Positions 34,669 to 43,463 of a stretch of 64,000 nt of DNA are shown one piece after another. The translations under genes were made by a program, and so were the position numbers. Each line of letters opens with the position of its first letter. Positions within the stretch are counted from its first letter, which is position 1. The notes below the pieces were generated by a model, which was not told the DNA's origin, searched no databases, and saw only the letters and a program-made list of their open reading frames with translations. The DNA comes from Motilibacteraceae bacterium (lineage in GTDB: Bacteria > Actinomycetota > Actinomycetes > Motilibacterales > Motilibacteraceae): assembly GCA_051954955.1 (NCBI GenBank), contig JBQCHF010000072.1, positions 13,319 through 77,318 on the forward strand, written 5' to 3'.

Positions 34669-35031
34669 TCACCCCAGCACCGGGGTCAGGGCCTCGCGGA
34701 ACGTCTCCGCGGTGAACGGCTTGGCGATGAGGAACAGCGCACCGGCGGCCTCGGCCTTCTCCCGCATGTCCGGAGAGCCCTCCGAGGTGACGAAGCCGAA
34801 CGGCACCTGCTCGCCGCGGGCGCGAAGCGCCTGCAGCAGCTCCAGGCCGCTCATCTCGGGCATGTTCCAGTCCGAGAGCACCAGGTCCGGCGCCTCGGCC
34901 CCGACGACGTCCAGGGCCACGCGACCGTTCTCGGCCTCCACCAGGTCGTGGCCGTCATAGCCCGCCTGGCGCAGCGTGCGGGTGACGATCTGCCGCATCA
35001 CGCGGGAGTCGTCGGCGATGAGGATCTTCAC
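34669..35031 (-). CDS. cheY: Chemotaxis response regulator CheY (copy 1)
   Basis: GTG 35031 forms a GTGA overlap with the cheX stop. Sequence: VKILIADDSRVMRQIVTRTLRQAGY...DLVLSDWNMPEMSGLELLQALR...FVTSEGS...FLIAKPFT. Single receiver domain. Confidence 0.9.
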   Translation of the reverse strand: MKILIADDSRVMRQIVTRTLRQAGYDGHDLVEAENGRVALDVVGAEAPDLVLSDWNMPEMSGLELLQALRARGEQVPFGFVTSEGSPDMREKAEAAGALFLIAKPFTAETFREALTPVLG

Positions 35032-35537
35032 TGCGCGGTCCCTTCCAGGCCTTCTTGCACGTTCTCGGGCTCCCGCGACCACACGGTGAGCTGCACGGGT
35101 TCCCCCCGCCAGGACAGCGATCCGCTGGCGACCAGCGCCGCGGTCTCGGGCAGCACCGACGCGGCCGCCGGCACGCCGCCGACGGCGACCTCCGGCAGGG
35201 ACAGCGACGACGGCCCGGGCACGATGCTCTTCACGCTGCCGCCGACGATGTTCGTGAACTCCCCCACCGCGTCCAGGCAGTCGGCCTCGACGACCTGGTC
35301 CGGGGTGAACATCGCGCGGGCCAGCGCCTCGGCGGCCGAACGGCTCAGCCCGACGACGACGTCGCCGGCCCAGCCGCCGCTGACCACCACGTGCCCGGTG
35401 AAGTCCACCTCGGCCACCACCGGCTGCTCGTCGAGCGGGCCGTCCTCGTCCGGCACCACGGAGGCCCAGGACTCCTGGCCGATCCCGACCAGGTCCTCGT
35501 CGCTCACGACGGGCTGTAGGACATCGGCGCTGCTCAT
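35028..35537 (-). CDS. cheX: CheY-P phosphatase CheX
   Basis: ATG 35537 overlaps the upstream stop by 1 nt. The sequence contains DAVGEFTNIVGGSVKS...LSLP. This is the D-X3-E-X2-N motif and the downstream Pro typical of CheX. 169 aa. Confidence 0.75.
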   Translation of the reverse strand: MSSADVLQPVVSDEDLVGIGQESWASVVPDEDGPLDEQPVVAEVDFTGHVVVSGGWAGDVVVGLSRSAAEALARAMFTPDQVVEADCLDAVGEFTNIVGGSVKSIVPGPSSLSLPEVAVGGVPAAASVLPETAALVASGSLSWRGEPVQLTVWSREPENVQEGLEGTAQ

Positions 35538-35917
35538 CAGGACACCCCCTGCGGGGTGAGGCCGAGCAGGGCGAGTTTGTCGGCGATGGCGTCCGGCGTG
35601 AACGGCTTGATGACGTACTCGTGGGCGCCGGCCGCGAGCGCGCGCACGATCTGCGTGTGCTCGCTCTCGGTCGTCACCATCATGAGCGTCACGTCGCGCC
35701 ACTCCGGGCGGGACCGGACCTCGCTGATGAAGGACAGTCCGTCCATCACCGGCATGTTCCAGTCGACCAGAGCCACCTCCGGCAGCGGCCCGGACTCCAT
35801 CGCCGCCAGCGCCTCCTGGCCGTCGCCCGCCTCGGCCACGGTGAACCCGAGGCCGGTGACGATGCGGCGCAGGATGCTTCGCATGGCGCGCGAGTCGTCG
35901 ACGACGAGTGCGTGCAT
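35537..35917 (-). CDS. cheY: Chemotaxis response regulator CheY (copy 2)
   Basis: ATG 35917 overlaps the cheR stop. Sequence: MHALVVDDSRAMRSILRRIVTGLGF...VALVDWNMPVMDGLSFISEVR...MMVTTESE...YVIKPFT. Confidence 0.9.
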   Translation of the reverse strand: MHALVVDDSRAMRSILRRIVTGLGFTVAEAGDGQEALAAMESGPLPEVALVDWNMPVMDGLSFISEVRSRPEWRDVTLMMVTTESEHTQIVRALAAGAHEYVIKPFTPDAIADKLALLGLTPQGVS

Positions 35918-36741
35918 CACCGCTCCTTGCTCCGGTAGACGACCGATCCCGCAGAGGAGACCGGGGTGTAGCCGTCGACGACCCCCAGGGTCGTCTCGGC
36001 GGCGCCGAGGAGCAGGTAGCCCCCGGGCCGCAGGACACCGCGCACCTGCTCGAGGATGCGGCGCTTGACCTCGACGTCGAAGTAGATGAGGACGTTGCGC
36101 AGCAGCACGACGTCGAACAGCGGCCGCGGTGGCCACCGGCCGATGAGGTTGAGCTCCTCGAACCGGCAGCGGTCGCGCAGCTTCTGCGTCACCCGGAAGT
36201 CGCGGCCCTCGCGCTCCATGTACTTCACCAGCAGCGGCGCCGGCAGCCCGCGGTTCACCTCCAGGCCGGAGTAGCGCGCCTCACGGGCCTTGGCCACCAC
36301 CTCGGTGGACAGGTCGGTGCCGAGCAGGTCCACGCTCCAGGTGGCCAGCTGCGGGAACTCGGTGTCGAGCAGCATGGCTACGCTGTAGAGCTCCTGCCCG
36401 GTTGAGGACGCCGCCGACCAGATCCGCAGCGAGCGGGTGACGGCGTTGCGCTCCAGCACGTCGGGCAGGATCACGTTCTTGAGGGCCTCGAACGGGTGCA
36501 CGTCGCGGAACCACGACGTCTCGTTCGTGGTCATCGCCTCGACGACCTTGTTCTCCAGCGTGCGGTCGCGGGTGCGCCGCAGCTGCTCGACCAGGCCGCC
36601 GATGCCCGGCAGCCCCAGGTCGCGGGCCAGCGGCGCGAGCCGCGACTCCACCAGGTAGGACTTCTCCGGTGCCAGCACGATCGCCGACCGCTCGCCGACC
36701 AGCGTGCTGATGTAGGTGAAGTCCGCCGTCTCGACACTCAT
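35917..36741 (-). CDS. cheR: Chemotaxis protein methyltransferase CheR
   Basis: ATG 36741 forms an ATGA overlap with the cheB stop. Sequence: TNETSWFRDVHPFEAL...LRIWSAASSTGQELYSVAMLL...GTDLS...ARYSGLEVNRGLP...FDVVLLRNVLIYFD. Confidence 0.93.
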   Translation of the reverse strand: MSVETADFTYISTLVGERSAIVLAPEKSYLVESRLAPLARDLGLPGIGGLVEQLRRTRDRTLENKVVEAMTTNETSWFRDVHPFEALKNVILPDVLERNAVTRSLRIWSAASSTGQELYSVAMLLDTEFPQLATWSVDLLGTDLSTEVVAKAREARYSGLEVNRGLPAPLLVKYMEREGRDFRVTQKLRDRCRFEELNLIGRWPPRPLFDVVLLRNVLIYFDVEVKRRILEQVRGVLRPGGYLLLGAAETTLGVVDGYTPVSSAGSVVYRSKER

Positions 36742-37937
36742 CGGGCTCCTCCGAGATGAACAGCAGGAACCCCCGCACCGGCCGGGCGCACCCCGGCCGC
36801 ACCAGCAGGAACAGCACCGGCGACGCCGCTCAGCGAGCCGGCGGCGGCACGCGCGGCGGTCGCCCGCCGGGTCACCGCCTCGGCCACCTGGTCCAGCGGC
36901 AGCACCTCGTCGGCGAAGCCTGCCCGGGCGACGAACCCGGGCATCCCCCACACCACCGACGTCTCCTCGTCCTGGGCGAGCACCCGGCCCCCCTGGCCGA
37001 GCACGACCTCGCAGCCCTGCAGGCCGTCCTTGCCCATCCCGGTCAGCACCACGGCCAGCACGCCGCTCCCCCACACCGACGCGGCGGCGCGGAAGGTGAC
37101 GTCCACGGCCGGCCGGCAGGAGTTCTCCGGCTCGGCGTCGGAGAGGGTGAGCACCACCTGGGTGCCCCGGCGCACCGGCACCAGGTGCGAACCGCCCGGC
37201 GCGATGTAGACGTGGCCGCGCCGGACGACGTCGCCCTCGGCGGCCTCGACGACCGTGAGCGCGCACTGCGCGTCCAGCCGCTCGGCCAGCATCCGGGTGA
37301 ACACCGGCGGCATGTGCTGCACCACGACCACCGGCACCGGCAGCGAGGCCGGCAGCGCCGGCAGCACCTCGGCCAGCGCGTTCGGGCCACCGGTGGAGAC
37401 ACCGACCACCACCACGTCCACCGGGGACGGGCGCCCGGAGGGGCGCAGCGCAGCAGGCGCGACGGGCGCGGCCACCGCGGGCTTCGGGGCCGACGGGCGC
37501 AGCCGGCGCTGGTTGCGCTGCCCCCAGGCACGCACGAGCGGCAGCAGGGTGTCGCGGACGACGCCCATCGCCTCCTCGCGGCTGCCGGTGTTGGAGGGCT
37601 TGGTGACGTAGTCGTTCGCGCCCTTGGCCAGCGCGTCCAGCGTGGCGGTCGCCCCGCGCTCGGTGAGGGTGCTGAACATGATGACCGGCAGGTCCGGCCA
37701 GCGACGCCGCAGCTGGTCCAGCGTGGCCAGGCCGTCCAGGCCGGGCATCTCCACGTCCAGCGTCACCACGTCCGGGTTCAGCTGCTCGATCCGCTGCAGC
37801 GCCTGGTGGCCGTCGGACGCCGTGCCGACCACCTCGACGTCGTCGGCGGCGTCCAGCACGCCTGCCACGAGCCGGCGGACGACGACGGTGTCGTCGACCA
37901 CGAGGGCCCGGACGGGCGGCGTGGGCGCGAGAGCCAT
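36738..37937 (-). CDS. cheB: Chemotaxis methylesterase/response regulator CheB
   Basis: Receiver domain (RALVVDDTVVVRRLV...DVVTLDVEMPGLDGL) plus esterase domain (VVVGVSTGGPNAL...VVVQHMP...LTGMGKDGL). An Ala/Gly-rich C-terminal tail of about 45 aa follows. Confidence 0.93.
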   Translation of the reverse strand: MALAPTPPVRALVVDDTVVVRRLVAGVLDAADDVEVVGTASDGHQALQRIEQLNPDVVTLDVEMPGLDGLATLDQLRRRWPDLPVIMFSTLTERGATATLDALAKGANDYVTKPSNTGSREEAMGVVRDTLLPLVRAWGQRNQRRLRPSAPKPAVAAPVAPAALRPSGRPSPVDVVVVGVSTGGPNALAEVLPALPASLPVPVVVVQHMPPVFTRMLAERLDAQCALTVVEAAEGDVVRRGHVYIAPGGSHLVPVRRGTQVVLTLSDAEPENSCRPAVDVTFRAAASVWGSGVLAVVLTGMGKDGLQGCEVVLGQGGRVLAQDEETSVVWGMPGFVARAGFADEVLPLDQVAEAVTRRATAARAAAGSLSGVAGAVPAGAAGVRPAGAGVPAVHLGGAR

Positions 37938-37957
37938 GGGAGCTCCAGACGAGGTGA

Positions 37958-38027
37958 GAAAGCGGGAAGGAAAAGGGGTTTCTTCGCCCGGCGGCGCCGA
38001 CGACCGTGAAGGGGCGGCGCCGCCGGG
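37958..38027 (-). terminator. Hairpin plus T-rich tract between mcp and cheB (intrinsic terminator/attenuator inside the che cluster)
   Basis: In minus sense there is a 13-bp GC stem, CCCGGCGGCGCCG...CGGCGCCGCCGGG (38027..37987, 15-nt loop). It is followed by CGAAGAAACCCCTTTTCCTTCCCGCTTTCTC, an unusually T-rich stretch for this sequence. Confidence 0.55.
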
Positions 38028-38052
38028 GAAGCTCGACCGAAGTGTCGGCCGA

Positions 38053-40173
38053 TCAGATCCGGAAGTGACCGATCCGGGTCTGCAGCTCGGCCGCCATCGT
38101 GGCCAGCTCGCTGGCCGCGCGCTGGGTGTCCTCGGCGCCGCGGCTGGTCGACTGCGCGGTCTCGGCCACGACGACGACTCCGGCGGAGATCTCGTTGCTG
38201 CCGGTGGCTGCCTCGGTCACGTTGCGGGCGATCTCGTTGGTGGTGGCGGTCTGCTCCTCCACCGCACCGGCGATGGTGGTCTGGATGCCCGAGATCTGGT
38301 CGATGATCGAGGAGATCTCGCCGATGGCGTCGACGGCACCGCGGGTGTCGCCCTGGATCGCCTCGATCTTCTGCGAGATGTCCTCGGTGGCCTTGGCGGT
38401 CTCCTTGGCCAGCTCCTTGACCTCGTTGGCGACCACGGCGAAGCCCTTGCCGGCCTCACCGGCGCGCGCGGCCTCGATGGTGGCGTTGAGGGCGAGCAGG
38501 TTGGTCTGCTGGGCGATCGAGGTGATCACCTTGATGACCTTGCCGATCTCGGCCGAGGACTCACCCAGGCTGCCCACCGTGGTGGTGGCGTTGCCGGCCA
38601 CCTGCACCGCGGTGGAGGCGACGGACGCGGCGTCCTGCGCGTTCTTGGCGATCTCGCGGATGCTCGCGGTCATCTCCTCGGCGGCCGAGGCCACGGTCTG
38701 GATGTTCGCGCTCACCTGCTCCGCCGCCGCCGACGACGACGTCGCCCGCTCCAGCGTCTGCCCGGCGTTCACGCCCATCTGCTGGCTCACCGCGGCCAGC
38801 TCCTCGCTGGCCGCGGCCAGCGACTGCGCGGTCTGGCCGAGCTCGCCCACCGTCTCGCGCAGGCTGGCGAAGAACACCGTGAGGCCCTCGCCCAGCTGCC
38901 CGACGGCGTCGGCGCCGGAGACGCCCACCTCGCGGGTCAGGTCGCCGTCGGCGGCCGCACGCACCACGTCGAGGATCTGGTCGACCTTGCCGCGCAGCTC
39001 CGCGGCCGCCTCGGCCTCGGCCTGCGCCTTGGCCAGCCGCTCCAGCGTCTGGCCGACCAGGCGGCCGACGTTGCGCAGCGCGTCCAAGCGGCCCTCGCTC
39101 GGCTGCAGCCGCTCCAGGGCGAAGAAGTCCATGGTGCCGACGACCTGGCCGTCCATGAGGATCGGGAACGCGATCCCGCTCTTCACGCCCACCTTCAGCG
39201 CGATGGGGGCCCGCACGCAGTCGGTGATCTCGGCCAGGTCCGGGGTGAAGAACAGGTCCCGGTTGCGCCACGCGCGGCCGGACAGGCCCACGCCCTCCTT
39301 GAAGGACGCGGTGAGGGTGACCCGGCGGAACTCCTCGCCGGCGTCGCCGGACTCCACCTGGTAGTGCAGGGCCAGGTCGGCCGGGTCGACGGTCCAGTAG
39401 GAGCCGTAGACCCACCCGAAGGCGTCGCGCACCGTGTCCAGAGCGATCTGGGCGGCCTGCTCCCGCGAGGTGGCCGACGAGAGGGCGCTGAGCACCCGAT
39501 TCACCGCGGCGGTGTCCGCCGCGGCCTCGGCCTGGTGCTCGGCGTCCAGCAGCCGCTCGAAGGTCTGGCCGACCAGCTTGCCGACGTTGCGCAGCGCCTC
39601 CAGCCGGTTCTCGCTCGGCTCCAGCCGCTGCAGGGCGAAGAAGTCCATCGTGCCGACGACCTCGCCGTGCACGAGGATCGGGAAGCAGACGCCGGACTTC
39701 ACGCCCACCTTGAGCGCGATCGGGGCCCGCACGCAGTCGGTGATCTCGGCCAGGTCCGGGGTGAAGACCAGGTCGTGGTTCTTCCACGCCCGCCCGGACA
39801 GGCCCACGCCCTCGCGGAACGAGGCGGAGAGGGTGACCTGCCGGAACTCCTCGCCGGCGTCGCCGGACTCCACGACGTAGTGCAGCGCGTTGTCGGCCTG
39901 CTCGACCTTCCAGTAGGAGCCGTAGGCCCAGCCGAAGGCGTCGCGGACGGTGTCCAGCGCGATCTGCGCGGCTTGAGCGGAGCTGGTGGCCTTGGTGAGC
40001 GCACCGACCACGCGGGCCAGCGCTGCGGAGTCGGCGACGGCGTCCGCAGCCACCTGCTGCAGACGCAACCGCTCGGCGCCGTCGTCGGGCACCGACGCGG
40101 CGGGGACGTCGGCGGGCTTGCGGCGGGGTCGCGGGGCGCTCTTGGCGGCGGGGGTCTCGGGGGCGATGGTCAC
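38053..40173 (-). CDS. Cytoplasmic methyl-accepting chemotaxis protein with two tandem GAF-like sensor domains
   Basis: GTG 40173 forms a GTGA overlap with the cheW stop. I see no hydrophobic TM segment anywhere. Two repeats of about 150 aa are present (see repeat feature). The C-terminal MA signalling domain carries the invariant hairpin [37 protein letters not shown]. Confidence 0.9.
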   Translation of the reverse strand: MTIAPETPAAKSAPRPRRKPADVPAASVPDDGAERLRLQQVAADAVADSAALARVVGALTKATSSAQAAQIALDTVRDAFGWAYGSYWKVEQADNALHYVVESGDAGEEFRQVTLSASFREGVGLSGRAWKNHDLVFTPDLAEITDCVRAPIALKVGVKSGVCFPILVHGEVVGTMDFFALQRLEPSENRLEALRNVGKLVGQTFERLLDAEHQAEAAADTAAVNRVLSALSSATSREQAAQIALDTVRDAFGWVYGSYWTVDPADLALHYQVESGDAGEEFRRVTLTASFKEGVGLSGRAWRNRDLFFTPDLAEITDCVRAPIALKVGVKSGIAFPILMDGQVVGTMDFFALERLQPSEGRLDALRNVGRLVGQTLERLAKAQAEAEAAAELRGKVDQILDVVRAAADGDLTREVGVSGADAVGQLGEGLTVFFASLRETVGELGQTAQSLAAASEELAAVSQQMGVNAGQTLERATSSSAAAEQVSANIQTVASAAEEMTASIREIAKNAQDAASVASTAVQVAGNATTTVGSLGESSAEIGKVIKVITSIAQQTNLLALNATIEAARAGEAGKGFAVVANEVKELAKETAKATEDISQKIEAIQGDTRGAVDAIGEISSIIDQISGIQTTIAGAVEEQTATTNEIARNVTEAATGSNEISAGVVVVAETAQSTSRGAEDTQRAASELATMAAELQTRIGHFRI
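39031..40002 (-). repeat. Intragenic tandem duplication, period 516 bp (two GAF-like domains of the MCP)
   Basis: Copy 1 is 39547..40002 and copy 2 is 39031..39486. At DNA level, for example, CTTCACGCCCACCTT(C/G)AGCGCGAT(G/C)GGGGCCCGCACGCAGTCGGTGATCTCGGCCAGGTCCGGGGTGAAGA occurs at 39181 and 39697. At protein level: [19 protein letters not shown]...[93 protein letters not shown]. Confidence 0.9.
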
Positions 40174-40652
40174 GACAGGGCTCCTTCAGGGGTGCGCTCG
40201 GGCGAGCGCGAGGGGTCGACGGCGACAGCGCGGGCGGTGTCCAGCACGAGCAGGAGCCGTCCGGGGAGCTTGTAGGTGGCCGCGAGCAGCTCGCGGGCCG
40301 GGCCACGCAGGGTGGGCGGGACGTCCTCGCGGTCGGCGGGGTCGGCCTCCACCACGTCGCCGATCTCGTCGACGAGCAGGCTCACCGGCTCCTCGCCGCT
40401 GCGCACGACGACGTTCATCGGCAGGTCGTCGCGGGCGGGGAGCCCGAGGCGACGGCGCAGGTCGATCGCGGTGACGATCTGCCCGCGCAGGTTGATCAGC
40501 CCGCGCACCACCGACGGGGCGAGCGGCACCTCGGTCATCTCCTGGTAGCGGATGACCTCCTGGACCTCCATCACGTCGACGCCGAAGTAGAGGTCGTCGA
40601 CCCAGAAGGTGCAGTACTGGCCGCTGGGCTGGGAGCTGTTGCTAGGCGGCAC
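40170..40652 (-). CDS. cheW: Chemotaxis coupling protein CheW
   Basis: GTG 40652 has AGGAGG 6 nt upstream and overlaps the cheA 3' end by 11 nt. Sequence: [59 protein letters not shown]. The track ORF upstream of 40652 is read-through inside cheA. Confidence 0.9.
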   Translation of the reverse strand: MPPSNSSQPSGQYCTFWVDDLYFGVDVMEVQEVIRYQEMTEVPLAPSVVRGLINLRGQIVTAIDLRRRLGLPARDDLPMNVVVRSGEEPVSLLVDEIGDVVEADPADREDVPPTLRGPARELLAATYKLPGRLLLVLDTARAVAVDPSRSPERTPEGALS

Positions 40653-43167
40653 CGGCCACCTCCTGGTCCTCGCTGGAGCTGTGGCTGGTGGGCGCGGCGG
40701 CTGCCGTGGCCCGGGGGGTGGAGCGGGGGCGCACCGCCGCGGTGACGGCGTCGACGTCGAGCAGGTCGGTGACCCGGCCCTGCACCACGGCCGAACCGAG
40801 CACCCCGGCCGCGCGGCCGACGTCGGAGAGCACCAGGTGCTCCTCGGCGATGTCGAGGATTTCCTCGACGACCAGGCCGACGGCGTCCGCGCCCGTGCCG
40901 TGCACGACGACCGGCAGCAGCCGGTTGACGTCAGCCTCATCCGACGAGCTGTAGGACTGGTTGCCGAGCGCGCGGGACAGGTGCACCAGCGGGAGCAGGC
41001 TGCCGCGGTACTGCACGACCTCCCGCCCGCCGGCGCGCTCGATGTCCTGGGCCGGCACCTCCTCCAGCCGGGAGACCGAGGACAGCGGCACGGCCAGCCG
41101 GCTGCCGCCGGCGGCGACGACCAGCAGCGTGGTCAGCTCGTCGTCCAGCGCCGCGTCGTCGGCGAGGGCGCTGGAGCCGGAACCGGCGGCCGAGCGCAGC
41201 GCGTGCGACTCGGCGGCCAGGCCCATCACGTCCAGGATCAGCGCGACCTTGCCGTCGCCCATGATCGTGGCGCCGGCGAACACCGACAGGTGCTTGAGCT
41301 GGCGGCCCAGCGGCTTGACCACGATCTCCTGGGTGTCGCTCACCTCGTCCACCACCAGCCCGAACGGGGCGTCGCCGGCCTGCAGCACGACCACGTTCAC
41401 CGCGCGGTCCTCGCCGGCGCCCGACTCCTCCGACGAGGCGTCGGAGACCGTCTTGGGGCGGCCGAGGACGTCGCCGAGGTGCACCAGCGGGAGCAGCTGG
41501 CCGCGCAGCCGGAACACCGGCGCCCCGGCCACATGCTCGATGCCGGTGCGGGCCGCCTCGCCCTCCAGGCGCACCAGCTCGAGCAGGCTGGCCTGCGGGA
41601 TGGCGTAGCGGTCGCCCCCCTGGCCCACCACGAGCGCGGGGATGATCGCCAGCGTGAGCGGGATCTTCACCCGCACCGTGGTGCCCTGCCCGACGGCGCT
41701 GGACAGGTCGACCGTGCCACCGATCTTCTCGATGTTGGTCCGCACGACGTCCATGCCGACGCCGCGGCCGGACACGTTGGTCACCGCGGCGGCGGTGGAG
41801 AAGCCGGGCTGGAAGATGAGGTCGAGCACGTCGCGCTGGCTCATCCGGGCCAGCTGCTCCGGGCCGACCAGGCCGCGCTCGACCGCCTTGGCGCCGACCT
41901 TGGCCGGGTCGATGCCGCCGCCGTCGTCGGAGACCTCCACGACCACCTGGCCACCCTCGTGGAACGAGCGCAGCGTCAGGGTGCCCTGCGCGGGCTTGCC
42001 CTTGGCCACCCGCTCGGCGGGGGTCTCGATGCCGTGGTCGACGCTGTTGCGCACCAGGTGGGTCAGCGGGTCCTTGACCGCCTCGAGCAGGGTCTTGTCC
42101 AGCTCGGTCTCGCGGCCCTCCATCACCAGGCGGACCTGCTTGCCGCACTGGTGGCCGAGGTCGCGCACGACCCGCGGCATCTTCTGCCAGATGTGGTCGA
42201 TCGGCTGCATGCGCGTCTTCATGACGCCCTCCTGCAGCTCGCTCGCGATCAGGTTGAGACGCTGCGAGGCGCGCACCAGGTCCACCTGGGTGGCCAGCAT
42301 GCTGGTGTGCTGCAGGATCTGGTTGCGGGTGAGCACCAGCTCCCCGACCAGCCGCATGAGGGCGTCGAGCAGGTCCACGTCCACGCGAATGGTGGAGTCG
42401 GCCACGCTGCGCCGGGTCTGCTGCTCGGCCTGCTGGGTGAGCGCGGCCTCGACCTCGGCCGGCTCGGCGGTGCCCGCCTCCACCAGCAGCTCGCCGATCG
42501 GACGCTCGTCGCCGCGCAGCTGCTCGGCCACGGCCTCGGCCACGGCCTCCGGCGTCGCCGCCCCGCTCTCCACGAGGATCTCGCCGAGCCGGGCCGGCTG
42601 CTCCGGCACCGGGTGGGCGACGACCTCCGCCTCGGGTGCCGCCTCCTGCACCGGGGGCACGACCGCGAGCGGGACCACCGGCGCAACCGGCTCGGCGACG
42701 TCGACGTCGACGACGTCGACGTCGCTGGTCGCGGTGGCGTCCACGCAGGCGTCTGCGTCCTCGTCCTCTGCCGGCGCCGGCTGGTCCTCGAGCACCGCGC
42801 TGATGGCGGCGACGACGTCCTCGATGGCCGCGTCGCCCTCTCCGCCGGTCTGCTCGATGACGGCCAGCAGCCCGCGGACGGTGTCGACCATCCGCAGCAG
42901 GACGTCGGTGCGGATGGGGGTCAGCTCCAGCGCGCCGTCGCGCAGCTTGGACAGCAGGTTCTCGCCCACGTGGGTGACCGCCTCGAGCTTGCCGAAGGCG
43001 AGGAACCCGCTGGTGCCCTTGATCGTGTGGATCGTGCGGAAGATGCTGGACAGCCGCTCGCGCGAGCCGGGGTCCTGCTCGAGCGCGACGAGGTCGCGGT
43101 CGAGCTGGTCCAGGTTCTCGTGGCTCTCCACGAGGAACTCCTGGACGATCTCGTCCATCTCGTCCAC
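40642..43167 (-). CDS. cheA: Chemotaxis histidine kinase CheA with two C-terminal CheW-like (P5) domains
   Basis: P1 HPt: LSSIFRTIHTIKGTSGFLAF. P3/P4: IRVDVDLLDALMRLVGELVLTRN...THLVRNSVDHGIE...DDGGGID...GRGVGMDVV. Two CheW-like segments follow (VNVVVLQAGDAPFGLVVDEVSDTQEIVVKPL... and LLVVAAGGSRLAVPLSSVSRLEEV...VGLVVEEILDIAE). Confidence 0.95.
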   Translation of the reverse strand: MDEMDEIVQEFLVESHENLDQLDRDLVALEQDPGSRERLSSIFRTIHTIKGTSGFLAFGKLEAVTHVGENLLSKLRDGALELTPIRTDVLLRMVDTVRGLLAVIEQTGGEGDAAIEDVVAAISAVLEDQPAPAEDEDADACVDATATSDVDVVDVDVAEPVAPVVPLAVVPPVQEAAPEAEVVAHPVPEQPARLGEILVESGAATPEAVAEAVAEQLRGDERPIGELLVEAGTAEPAEVEAALTQQAEQQTRRSVADSTIRVDVDLLDALMRLVGELVLTRNQILQHTSMLATQVDLVRASQRLNLIASELQEGVMKTRMQPIDHIWQKMPRVVRDLGHQCGKQVRLVMEGRETELDKTLLEAVKDPLTHLVRNSVDHGIETPAERVAKGKPAQGTLTLRSFHEGGQVVVEVSDDGGGIDPAKVGAKAVERGLVGPEQLARMSQRDVLDLIFQPGFSTAAAVTNVSGRGVGMDVVRTNIEKIGGTVDLSSAVGQGTTVRVKIPLTLAIIPALVVGQGGDRYAIPQASLLELVRLEGEAARTGIEHVAGAPVFRLRGQLLPLVHLGDVLGRPKTVSDASSEESGAGEDRAVNVVVLQAGDAPFGLVVDEVSDTQEIVVKPLGRQLKHLSVFAGATIMGDGKVALILDVMGLAAESHALRSAAGSGSSALADDAALDDELTTLLVVAAGGSRLAVPLSSVSRLEEVPAQDIERAGGREVVQYRGSLLPLVHLSRALGNQSYSSSDEADVNRLLPVVVHGTGADAVGLVVEEILDIAEEHLVLSDVGRAAGVLGSAVVQGRVTDLLDVDAVTAAVRPRSTPRATAAAAPTSHSSSEDQEVAGAA

Positions 43168-43222
43168 GTCGCACCCTCCCTGGCGCTCCGCGCGGCACTA
43201 CCTCAGGTCCGCTGCGACCGCA

Positions 43223-43249
43223 ACATCGACGCACTGCGAGAGCACTTGA
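43223..43249 (-). promoter_or_regulatory. Weaker sigma-28-like box upstream of cheA
   Basis: Minus-strand sequence is TCAA-gtgctctcgcagtgc-GTCGATGT, about 55 nt upstream of the cheA ATG. The spacing is correct and the CGAT core is present, but the -10 deviates (GTCGA rather than GCCGA). Confidence 0.3.
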
Positions 43250-43343
43250 GCGGCCGAAGGTCCCTGGTCATGTCTGCGTCGCAGGAGTTGGGGGGTGCTC
43301 CTGGGACAGGCCGGGCGCTCTGCCCGGGAGGGCCGCAAACACG

Positions 43344-43380
43344 CGAAGGCGCCGCACCCGGGACGGGTGCGGCGCCTTCG
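43344..43380 (-). terminator. Perfect 17-bp hairpin downstream of bldC; marks the boundary between the core genes and the che operon
   Basis: CGAAGGCGCCGCACCCG-gga-CGGGTGCGGCGCCTTCG. The minus-sense downstream sequence is CGTGTTTGCGG. It lies 84 nt after the bldC stop. Confidence 0.7.
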
Positions 43381-43463
43381 TCGTCTGTGCGCTGACAGCG
43401 CTGGTGCGGAGGGTCGAGCAGAGGTGGCCCGGTCCGGGCCCGTCCGCTCGCCGGACGCTGGCG

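Noticed and set aside
36738-36875. The Ala/Gly-rich 45-aa tail of CheB as evidence of a frameshift or a separate ORF
   Set aside because: The frame is continuous with the esterase domain and ends in an ATGA overlap with cheR. It is most simply a disordered C-terminal tail.
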